Positions 15,500 to 22,951 of a stretch of DNA of 33,586 nucleotides are shown here, piece by piece (within the stretch, counting starts at the first letter, position 1; the number at the start of each line of letters is the position of its first letter). A program made the position numbers and the translations under genes. Origin of the DNA: a virus. Under the pieces are notes generated by a model that saw only the letters and a list, made by a program, of their open reading frames with translations, ran no database searches and was not told where the DNA came from. The stretch is taken from the IMG/VR virus record IMGVR_UViG_3300006982_000003. The stretch is one strand, 5' to 3'.

Positions 15500-16630
15500 T
15501 TAACAATGCGCAACCTTAGCGGTTTTTCTGAAATACTCAACCAGATTGATTGCTTTGTTGACTGTTTCCTCATGGATCAAATCATTATCCAAATTATTAT
15601 TTTCAGCATCTTCAAGCCGCTGTAAAAGGACGCAAAATCGGTAAAAATAGGCTTCGAGCTTGCTATACATTCCAGCAAGCGTTTCATCAGCCACTTTGTT
15701 AGTCACATCAATATTCTGATCCTCCCAATCTTTGGCCGCCTTCTTATCAGCGCCATCCTTGATTCGCATTTTCATTGGCTTAGGATTGCCGTTGTGATCT
15801 AAATCTGGCTCAACATCCAGCAACTGCTTAATTAGCTTGCTATATTGTTCAATTGTTTGCTCTGACAGTTGACGCTCAGAACGGTTTCTTTTCTTCTCAT
15901 TTGGACAGAACGCAAACAGGATACGCTGCAAATAGCCGTTTTCAGCCCGTCCGTTTTTTGATAGCTCAGAAAGGCCAGACAGCGTCATCCCCCCTGAGAC
16001 TGAAATAAATGTTTTGGAAACACGAAGGTATTCATCATTGGTTTTACGGTTGCAATCCGTATAAGAGCCGTTCCAAGCAGTTAACCAAAATGACTTATCA
16101 GGCCCATTGCTATATTGCTTATTATTTTTAAACAAATCAGATAATTCATCCTTGTAATAACCCAGCCCTCTTGGGTTGTATGCACAATCCTGGATTAACG
16201 CTTCAGTCGTTGATGATTTGATCAGATGTTTTTTAGGTCTTTGTTTCTCTGTTTCACTACCTATGTACTGTTTCTTCTCATCTGGCGTCAAATTTTGGTC
16301 ATTATCAAATGGTGATTTCTTTTGTTGATAATCTGAATAACTCTCACTATCAAAGTCCTCAATAGGCTGAACGGCTAATTTAAGGGCTCGTGATTTTTTA
16401 GCGCTTGAGGGGCCAACGAGCGCCACATAAACAATCGGAAGCTCTGTCCAGCCTTTGGCTACCTCAATTTCTGCTGTTAATCCGACTGAAACAGAGGCAC
16501 TAAACAGAACAGACGTCCCCAGGTATTCCTTAGACAAACCAAGGCAAACACTCGCTTCTTCAATCAATGTTTGAATTGTAGGTGGAAATACGTTAACGGG
16601 GAAATTTATATTTTGAATTATTGTTTTCAT
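15500..16630 (-). CDS. DUF3987-like P-loop protein (replication-associated)
   Basis: The start at ATG 16630 follows GAGGGAA and overlaps the upstream stop (ATGA). The N-terminus FPVNVFPPTIQTLIEE and the P-loop-like VGPSSAKKS are typical of the DUF3987 family as I recall it. Confidence 0.7.
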   Translation of the reverse strand: MKTIIQNINFPVNVFPPTIQTLIEEASVCLGLSKEYLGTSVLFSASVSVGLTAEIEVAKGWTELPIVYVALVGPSSAKKSRALKLAVQPIEDFDSESYSDYQQKKSPFDNDQNLTPDEKKQYIGSETEKQRPKKHLIKSSTTEALIQDCAYNPRGLGYYKDELSDLFKNNKQYSNGPDKSFWLTAWNGSYTDCNRKTNDEYLRVSKTFISVSGGMTLSGLSELSKNGRAENGYLQRILFAFCPNEKKRNRSERQLSEQTIEQYSKLIKQLLDVEPDLDHNGNPKPMKMRIKDGADKKAAKDWEDQNIDVTNKVADETLAGMYSKLEAYFYRFCVLLQRLEDAENNNLDNDLIHEETVNKAINLVEYFRKTAKVAHC

Positions 16631-16863
16631 GATTCCCTCATATCTGTATCGTTTCTTGATGTCATAGTGCAATCTATCTTTTTGAGAAAATCTTCTATTT
16701 CATTGATTCTACTGATTTGATCATATAGTCTTTCAATTATTATTTCAACATAGGCGAGTCTAGGATTGTCTTCAGCATTGCTATCACTTTCGTTTTTAAC
16801 TTTTTCAATCGTATGCCTGAATTTTTCTAAAAAATCTTTATACTGTTGAAAATACTGACTCAT
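16627..16863 (-). CDS. Hypothetical helical protein, 78 aa, translationally coupled to the DUF3987 gene
   Basis: It has an ATGA overlap with the downstream gene and no SD of its own. Its ATG lies 3 nt after the stop of a 10-codon mini-ORF that does have an SD. Confidence 0.55.
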   Translation of the reverse strand: MSQYFQQYKDFLEKFRHTIEKVKNESDSNAEDNPRLAYVEIIIERLYDQISRINEIEDFLKKIDCTMTSRNDTDMRES

Positions 16864-16975
16864 ATTTTATAAAGACTGATTATTATAATTAAATTTCATA
16901 TGTCTCCTTTTATCTTATTATCTTATTTAAAAGTGAATACTCTCCGCCATAATGGCGATGATGACGACGCGATTT

Positions 16976-17407
16976 CTAAAATGGTACATCATCATCAAAA
17001 TCCGGCCGTTGTTGTGTCGTCTTGGACTGAGTCTTATTTGATGGACTCTGTTGTTTTTTATTTACTTTATGATATTGCTTAACTTTAAGGTTGTCATAAC
17101 CGTTAAAATGTTCATATTTAACATCACATGTTCCACGTTGACCAATACAGTCATCAGGGGCTAATACGCCATCTTCAAACTCAAGCTGATTGCTATTACA
17201 AAACTGTTTGATTTTCCATTTTGCTTTGTCATTACTGACTAAATAATCATGCACATAATCTGTATTCCCTGCCTCATCACGCACCTTTAAAATAAGATTG
17301 ATCATCTCATTACCGCTTTTTGAGACTTTTTCAAGCGCATTGTGTACCCGATAATCAACGGTGCCTTCATTAATGACGGTTTGATCAACATCCGTGTTAT
17401 ATTTCAT
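16976..17407 (-). CDS. Phage single-stranded DNA-binding-like protein with an SSB-type acidic C-terminal tip
   Basis: The C-terminus ...QQRPDFDDDVPF matches the bacterial SSB C-terminal tip (DDDIPF). A Q-rich linker precedes it. The gene sits in the recombination module. The OB fold is inferred, not shown. Confidence 0.65.
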   Translation of the reverse strand: MKYNTDVDQTVINEGTVDYRVHNALEKVSKSGNEMINLILKVRDEAGNTDYVHDYLVSNDKAKWKIKQFCNSNQLEFEDGVLAPDDCIGQRGTCDVKYEHFNGYDNLKVKQYHKVNKKQQSPSNKTQSKTTQQRPDFDDDVPF

Positions 17408-17408
17408 G

Positions 17409-17717
17409 TTATAGCTCCATTTTTAATAATTGTTTTCTATTCTGAATGTCCAATTTATCAAATATACTTGATATATACGAATCAACGGTTCGTTTCGTGA
17501 TGCCCATTCTAACGGCTATTTGATAATTAGACAGTTCTTTTTTTATATACTTAACAACATCTTTTTCTCTTGGTGATAATGGTTTATTACTGAATTTCTT
17601 TTTTTTATATTGTTTCTTAGGTTTTGGCTCGTCCAGTTGATGATCCAATATGAAAAATTCCATATTGGGGTTATTTTTGTTGTTAATCTCATAAATCAAT
17701 CGATTCCAATAACTCAT
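17409..17717 (-). CDS. LuxR/GerE-family HTH transcriptional regulator, 102 aa
   Basis: GGAGG lies upstream of ATG 17717, so the track start 17756 is probably too early. LSPREKDVVKYIKKELSNYQIAVRMGITKRTVDSYISSIFDKLDIQNRKQL is a GerE-type HTH. Confidence 0.8.
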   Translation of the reverse strand: MSYWNRLIYEINNKNNPNMEFFILDHQLDEPKPKKQYKKKKFSNKPLSPREKDVVKYIKKELSNYQIAVRMGITKRTVDSYISSIFDKLDIQNRKQLLKMEL

Positions 17718-17728
17718 ATTACCTCCTG

Positions 17729-18316
17729 TTATCGTTGCATTAATCGTTGAACCCATAACGCTGCCTGATCAACATTCAGCTCTTTGATCGATTCAACGCC
17801 CGCCTGCGCCAGCGCTTTTTTTATTTGCTCGCTGGCGATATTTTTTTCTTCTATCAGCTTATTAATTTTTTTTATCTGATCAGACGTTGCCATTAATTTT
17901 TTTGATGAACTGGCATGATTGTTGAGTTGCTCATGTGGCCCTGACTGGTCATTGTCCCGAACATCGTCAATGCACAATAAGCCGTTCAGCGCGTATTTAC
18001 GAGCGTACGAACTGGTTGCGCCAGTTACCTGCGCCTCATCCATGCCTTTTTTAGATAGTGGTTCGCGGGCGTAAGCGACTGAACTAATTGAATGATCATC
18101 ATCTGATAGCGTCGCCGTCGCCTTAATATAATATCGCTCGCCAACGCATACTATTTCATCTTGCAAATTGAGATAGACACCGTCTAAATAAGGTTTAATC
18201 GCATTAAGCACGTCTTCACAACTGCGATAATTATAGCCACCAAACGAGTTATATTGATTTTTGGGCGCTTTCATTTCTTTTTGAATTTTAATTAGTTTGC
18301 TTTTTAGATTAGCCAT
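17729..18316 (-). CDS. erf: Erf-family single-strand annealing protein
   Basis: GGAGG lies upstream of ATG 18316. KNQYNSFGGYNYRSCEDVLNAIKPYL...GATSSYARKYALNGLLCID matches the ERF superfamily pattern. Confidence 0.8.
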   Translation of the reverse strand: MANLKSKLIKIQKEMKAPKNQYNSFGGYNYRSCEDVLNAIKPYLDGVYLNLQDEIVCVGERYYIKATATLSDDDHSISSVAYAREPLSKKGMDEAQVTGATSSYARKYALNGLLCIDDVRDNDQSGPHEQLNNHASSSKKLMATSDQIKKINKLIEEKNIASEQIKKALAQAGVESIKELNVDQAALWVQRLMQR

Positions 18317-19169
18317 TGATGACCTCCAGCGTTTCGATTTCTTGTTCATATCCAGGCCATTCGTCATTCGCTTTGCATTCTTTGTAGATGCCTAATGCAT
18401 CTTTATAGCGTTGACGGCCACGGCTGATCAATGACGGTGACATTTCGAATGTGCGTGTCAAATATGGCGCCTCTTTTTCAATCATGATCAACACAAATGA
18501 TTTAGCTGGATAGCCGTTGGCATTGAGACCGTCTAAATTCATGGCTGCTTGCATGTCCACGCCATAGCGCCAAATATGATCCTGTACGGCCCATTTATTG
18601 AGTGAACTACATGTTTTCAAATCGACTACAACGCCGTTATTTAAATAATCGAGACGGCTTTTAACAGCTATACCGTCTTCTTGCCAAAAAACATTAACTT
18701 CTACTTGATCAGTTTGTGTCATTTGCTGATAGTATGGATTACGCTTTAATGACATGAGCCACTGTTGTAACTCGTCATACTCTTTTTGTTTGAGCATGGT
18801 TCGGCCGTTTGCCTTAACTTTGTCTTCTTGATAGGCCGCGTGTTTTTCATTTTTTGTGTGATGATTCATGATGTAGAATTTCTCGTCAAAATGTTGCGGT
18901 TCCAGGGCTAAACAATGAAACGCCTGGCCCATGACCATGGGCTTAGTTTCTGATTTACCGCCTAGCACGTGATTGTAATAAAACCGTGCGGGACAATCGA
19001 GTAAATCAATAAGCGAGCTACGAGACAGCGCCTCATGCGCTAAATACTCGTGCATTGGCATCGCAAATTCAATCATATTGCACGTCTCCTTGTGCTTTTG
19101 TTGTATTGCAGTCCTTGCAATGTCACCGAATAATAGACTAGAATAATCTTGCTGATATTGTTGTTTCAT
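18309..19169 (-). CDS. PD-(D/E)XK exonuclease, RecE/DUF3799-like
   Basis: AGGAG lies upstream. GQAFHCLALEP...KSRLDYLNNGVVVDLKT...YGVDMQAAMN fits the PD-(D/E)XK D...D-x-K...Q..Y pattern. The gene overlaps erf by 8 nt. Confidence 0.75.
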   Translation of the reverse strand: MKQQYQQDYSSLLFGDIARTAIQQKHKETCNMIEFAMPMHEYLAHEALSRSSLIDLLDCPARFYYNHVLGGKSETKPMVMGQAFHCLALEPQHFDEKFYIMNHHTKNEKHAAYQEDKVKANGRTMLKQKEYDELQQWLMSLKRNPYYQQMTQTDQVEVNVFWQEDGIAVKSRLDYLNNGVVVDLKTCSSLNKWAVQDHIWRYGVDMQAAMNLDGLNANGYPAKSFVLIMIEKEAPYLTRTFEMSPSLISRGRQRYKDALGIYKECKANDEWPGYEQEIETLEVING

Positions 19170-19298
19170 TTTGAAATCTCCTTTTGATACATTGCCTGGT
19201 TACAACAGGATTAAGACACAGATTGATACAACGATATTAGTTGTGTGTTAGTAAACGGTAGCGCCAAGATGGCGCTGCCATTTCTTTATCTATTTAAA

Positions 19299-19688
19299 TC
19301 ATGCATTTGCTCGATCAGCTAATAAGCGTTGCTTGATAGACCAAGACAAATCCATGTTCCAAAATTCTTCTTCTTGATTCGTATTGATTATTTCTTCAAC
19401 ACGATCATGTATAATAGGCCAATACCAATTGACAAATAACTGATCAAGTGCTTCTTTTAAGTCTGTTGTGCTTAGATAATGCGATTGAAGATAGATATCT
19501 GATGCCGTTTGATCACCTTCTATGAGCCATTCAGTATCGTCACCGTCTGTAGTGGGGTCGTCAACATACGCTCGACAGAGTTCCCAGCGCTGTTCAAATG
19601 GTAGGTCATTTATATCATAATCTTTATCGAGTACGTCGATATAGCCATAGTCGAACAAATCGAGCACAGCTCTTCGGAACTGTTTCAT
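19299..19688 (-). CDS. Strongly acidic hypothetical protein, 129 aa
   Basis: AAGGAG lies upstream. By my count it has 29 D/E against 11 K/R. I recognise no motif. Confidence 0.65.
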   Translation of the reverse strand: MKQFRRAVLDLFDYGYIDVLDKDYDINDLPFEQRWELCRAYVDDPTTDGDDTEWLIEGDQTASDIYLQSHYLSTTDLKEALDQLFVNWYWPIIHDRVEEIINTNQEEEFWNMDLSWSIKQRLLADRANA

Positions 19689-19757
19689 AATTTAACTCCT
19701 TTGTGTGTGTGTTAGTCGTTATTACAATTATTATTGTCACATATATTTTAACTTCTG

Positions 19758-20042
19758 TCAACGTTTTTCTTTCATTATTTCCCCCATTTTTTGATAGACG
19801 ACTGAATTAGTTTTGAATACATCCGGGCGCAATTCGTGCGGTAGCACGGTGTAGTTAGCCAGTTCGCAAATCTGGACGACTAACGCTGGTGCTATGTATC
19901 GCTCGCCGTTTTCGTATTGCCAAAGCACTGTATGACTAATGCCCAATTCTTTGGCAATCTCTTTCTTAAATCGAAACGCTTTGCAGGCTCTCTTAAACGC
20001 TTGAATCGATTGTTGTTTTTCTGTTTCGTCTAATCTAACCAT
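19758..20042 (-). CDS. Cro/YdaS-like HTH DNA-binding protein, 94 aa
   Basis: AGGTG lies upstream. ELGISHTVLWQYENGERYIAPALVVQICELANYTVLPHELRPDVF resembles the Cro/YdaS-type HTH. Confidence 0.75.
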   Translation of the reverse strand: MVRLDETEKQQSIQAFKRACKAFRFKKEIAKELGISHTVLWQYENGERYIAPALVVQICELANYTVLPHELRPDVFKTNSVVYQKMGEIMKEKR

Positions 20043-20078
20043 AACTACACCTATTTTTTTCTATTTTTTTGATACTTT

Positions 20079-20270
20079 ATTATAACATAAAGTTGACATA
20101 AATTAAAATGTGCGCACAAAAATCAATGTGTGCAGCACAAAATTTTTTATGACAAGGCTTGACAGAAAAAAATCAATTCAATCAAAACAACGTGTTATAT
20201 CTGTCAGAGCGCCTGACAAATGACAAAACTTCTGACACAAACAAAATTGTGCTGCAATTGTGCTGCACAA
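20079..20270. promoter_or_regulatory. Operator/promoter region: TATAAT on the - strand, four TGTGC-N(0-1)-GCACA-type sites and a TGACA/TGTCA cluster
   Basis: On the - strand, TATAAT occupies 20084-20079. TGTGCGCACA is at 20109-20118, TGTGCAGCACA at 20129-20139, the half-site TGTGCTGCA at 20248-20256 and TGTGCTGCACA at 20259-20269. TGACA or TGTCA occurs six times between ~20150 and 20240, including the inverted pair TGTCAG-N5-CTGACA. Confidence 0.55.
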
Positions 20271-20401
20271 ATAAAATCATGGCACGTCATGATGTTTTAT
20301 TTTACGTGCAATAACGTGCATTTAGTATTATTGAGGTATTATTAATTATTTGAAACTGCAAATTAAAAATTAAAATGAACAGTTTAAGAAACGTTTCAAC
20401 G

Positions 20402-20519
20402 AGTTGCACGGTTGCAGTCCAGGGGCATTCAACGATGCAACTATGCGCCACTACCCCCCCGTTATAAGCGATTTTTGCTAGTTGCACGGGGGGGTCGTAG
20501 GTGGTTATTCTATGCAACT
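20402..20519. other. Structured non-coding element: duplicated AGTTGCA...TGCAACT inverted-repeat unit competing with a C7/G7 stem
   Basis: AGTTGCACGG occurs at 20402-20411 and 20480-20489. ATGCAACT occurs at 20435-20442 and 20512-20519. AGTTGCA and TGCAACT are reverse complements. The C7 run at 20454-20460 pairs with the G7 run at 20488-20494, with flanking pairing across 20448-20504. Confidence 0.45.
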
Positions 20520-20537
20520 GCTCAGTATAGAAATAAA

Positions 20538-21890
20538 TTAAAAATTCAAAAAATCAGGCGTGCTATGCAGCTCATCATCATGCGCCGTGTAATATAAGGG
20601 TGCTGAGGGTGTTTTAAACTGATAAATCGTTGGGCAAAATTCCAGAACCAAACGACCCACGGGGCCACTTCTATTCTTTCGAACGAGTAATTCAGCGTAA
20701 CCCTGGTTGTTGTCTGTCTTTTTGACGAGTTCATCACGATAGAGCATTGCAATAACATCAGCGTCTTGCTCAATCGCCCCTGAATCCCGCAAATCGACTG
20801 TATTCGGACGGGGGTTATTTCGGTGTTCAACCCCGCGGTTGAGTTGCGATATAAGAATGACGGGGATATTTAAATCCTGAGCAATGATTTTCAGCTCTCG
20901 TGTCATATCCGCTATTTCTAAGTTGCGATTTTGATAACTATTTTCAGATTTCATGAGCTGTAAATAATCAACGACCAGTGCTGATAATCCGTGTTTCCTC
21001 TTCAATTGTGACGCACTGCGCCGTATTTGTCCTAGTGTCGGTTTGTTAGACTGCGCAATGTGTAGGCTCAACTGTTGTAATTTGGGCAATGTCTCAGTGA
21101 TGCGCTGATACTGCCCTTGATTGAGCTTGCCTGTTTTGAGTGCCTGAGCATCGACATTAGCCATAGCACTTAAGAGACGTTCTTGTAATTGTGAAAAAGT
21201 CATCTCAAGCGAATAAAACAATACATGTTGCTGTTGTGTCGCCATATGCTGTACTAGATTCAGCCCAAGCATCGTTTTACCCGTTGAGGGCCGGCCCGCA
21301 ATAACCACTAGCTCGCCGCCGTGCAGCCCTGCAGTGATGCGGTCTAGATCAGGGTAACCGGTGCTGTAACCAGTGATGCCGTCTGAGTTAGCTCGCCGAT
21401 CCAATTCGTCGAGAAACTGCGTGACATGGTCACCAATGGGCTGGCTGTCGAGTGTGCTAACGCTCGATTGATCAATGAGCTGATTAAATTGCTCAAATCG
21501 TCGTTCGTCTTGCTGATCAATTGCTTGTTTAATCGCTTGAGACTGCTCAAATAGATGTAAATCATTGAGCACATTGTCATTGATATCACAGTAACTTGCG
21601 AAATTGTTGGGTTTTGGATAGTAACTCATAGACGCATTGACCATTTTTTTAGCTGCCTCAAAATCAACATCGAGTAATGCGATATGTTCGACAACGTCGC
21701 CTGAATCATACAGTGATTTAATGGCGTCGTAAACATCGACTAACGAATTGATGCACGTTGAACGTGTTAATCGATTAAACAATTCATCTAAGTGCTCGTT
21801 GTATTCAATCGCTGTTAGCAATATGATTGATTGTGTTTCGTACAATCTTGACCTGATCTGTTCGAGTGTGTCCGTTTTTTCAAATTTCAT
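20538..21890 (-). CDS. dnaB: Replicative DNA helicase, DnaB family
   Basis: Walker A is AGRPSTGKT. DYLQLM, ISQLNR and DLRDSGAIEQDADV are the DnaB C-terminal helicase motifs. Confidence 0.9.
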   Translation of the reverse strand: MKFEKTDTLEQIRSRLYETQSIILLTAIEYNEHLDELFNRLTRSTCINSLVDVYDAIKSLYDSGDVVEHIALLDVDFEAAKKMVNASMSYYPKPNNFASYCDINDNVLNDLHLFEQSQAIKQAIDQQDERRFEQFNQLIDQSSVSTLDSQPIGDHVTQFLDELDRRANSDGITGYSTGYPDLDRITAGLHGGELVVIAGRPSTGKTMLGLNLVQHMATQQQHVLFYSLEMTFSQLQERLLSAMANVDAQALKTGKLNQGQYQRITETLPKLQQLSLHIAQSNKPTLGQIRRSASQLKRKHGLSALVVDYLQLMKSENSYQNRNLEIADMTRELKIIAQDLNIPVILISQLNRGVEHRNNPRPNTVDLRDSGAIEQDADVIAMLYRDELVKKTDNNQGYAELLVRKNRSGPVGRLVLEFCPTIYQFKTPSAPLYYTAHDDELHSTPDFLNF

Positions 21891-22006
21891 ATCAACTCAA
21901 CTCCAAAATTTGACGTCCTTTTCAAATAACCTAACCAATCCTACCACCTAGTCCTTAAAAAGCTCGCCACGCCGATTTTTGACCCATTGTGGCGTATTTT
22001 TGGTGA

Positions 22007-22951
22007 TTAGGATTGGGTGTTTTCAGGTTCGTGATACGTTCCTTCCAGTATTCTGGTTAATACGTGTTCAGAACGAACAATAAAATCAAAATTCATAATC
22101 CAGGTTTGATTTGGTTGTGCGCAACCCATTAAAAATCTTGATTTTCTCAAGTGTTTTAAGAGCTGTTGCCAACGTTCTAGCGTTAGTTCGTAGCCTGTTT
22201 GTTCTTTGAACTCTTTCGCTCTCTGATCGAGCTTCTGTTTTCGTTTGTGCGTTAGTGTGCGGATTTTCGGTACAGCGTCATGTTGAAATTCGCTGTTCCA
22301 TATGCGTCTGAATTCGTCGTAGTCAATTTGAGGCGTGTCGGTTTGTTTCGGTTTCCTTTGAGATTTTCGTTCCTTATGACCTTCCGCTTCCGATTCCGGT
22401 TTTTCCGAATCCGGGGCGCGGGCATCCCCAGAAAGGGGATAATGGGGTTTTTCTGTAAGCATTTCATTATTGTCACTGTAAGCATTTTTATTATTGTCAC
22501 TGTAAGCATTTGTTGTTGGTTGTCCACATGTGGGTTTATCCACTTGTGGGTTTTCCGACAACTGGATTGAGGATTCATTGACCACTTCGTTGATATATTT
22601 GTCTTCCGTTTGTTGGCGCATCTTGTAACGCAATCGAATGTACCAACCAACGAATTGGCCTTTTTCATTTCTACGCTTAACTTTCTGAATTAATCCCAAC
22701 TCCATTAATTGATCCTGGACTTTTTCCAACTTGTCACGTCCCCAGTTCAAACCTTGGCGTGTAAATTGATCAGTTGCCCAGGGTTGATTAGTTTTTTGTC
22801 GTTTAGCTTGACGTAAGTAGAATGTGTATAGTCCATGTAATTCAGCGGGATTTTTTTGCGCAAATATGAGATCGAGCGTTGATTGAGTGAAAATAATCAG
22901 TTGATCTTCTACGAGACCATCGTTATCAATACAATGATTTTTTTTGTTCAT
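22007..22951 (-). CDS. Replication initiator / replisome-organiser-like protein (N-terminal winged HTH, conserved C-terminal domain)
   Basis: GGAGG lies upstream. The N-terminal wHTH-like region is LEKVQDQLMELGLIQKVKR. The C-terminus FLMGCAQPNQTWIMNFDFIVRSEHVLTRILEGTY resembles the C-terminal signature of phage replication-organiser proteins, from memory. Iteron-like repeats lie in its linker. Confidence 0.65.
   Translation of the reverse strand: MNKKNHCIDNDGLVEDQLIIFTQSTLDLIFAQKNPAELHGLYTFYLRQAKRQKTNQPWATDQFTRQGLNWGRDKLEKVQDQLMELGLIQKVKRRNEKGQFVGWYIRLRYKMRQQTEDKYINEVVNESSIQLSENPQVDKPTCGQPTTNAYSDNNKNAYSDNNEMLTEKPHYPLSGDARAPDSEKPESEAEGHKERKSQRKPKQTDTPQIDYDEFRRIWNSEFQHDAVPKIRTLTHKRKQKLDQRAKEFKEQTGYELTLERWQQLLKHLRKSRFLMGCAQPNQTWIMNFDFIVRSEHVLTRILEGTYHEPENTQS
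22453..22553. repeat. Iteron-like direct repeats inside the initiator gene (candidate ori)
   Basis: CTGTAAGCATTT occurs at 22453, 22476 and 22500 (period 23-24 nt, extended unit tattgtcactgtaagcattt). TCCACATGTGGGTTT is at 22523-22537 and TCCACTTGTGGGTTT at 22539-22553. The first contains the perfect palindrome CCACATGTGG. Confidence 0.5.

Noticed and set aside
20302-20597. Track ORFs 20302..20517 (-) and 20412..20597 (+) in the long non-coding region
   Set aside because: Neither has an SD. One would start at TTG and run antisense into the dnaB 3' end. Their translations are dominated by the C7/G7 and repeat sequences (PPP, GGG), so I treat the region as non-coding.
22252-22668. Track ORFs 22252..22668 (-) and 22280..22570 (+) inside the initiator gene
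   Set aside because: These are alternative-frame or antisense shadows of the 314-aa initiator ORF. Their translations are low-complexity reflections of the repeats, and neither has an SD.
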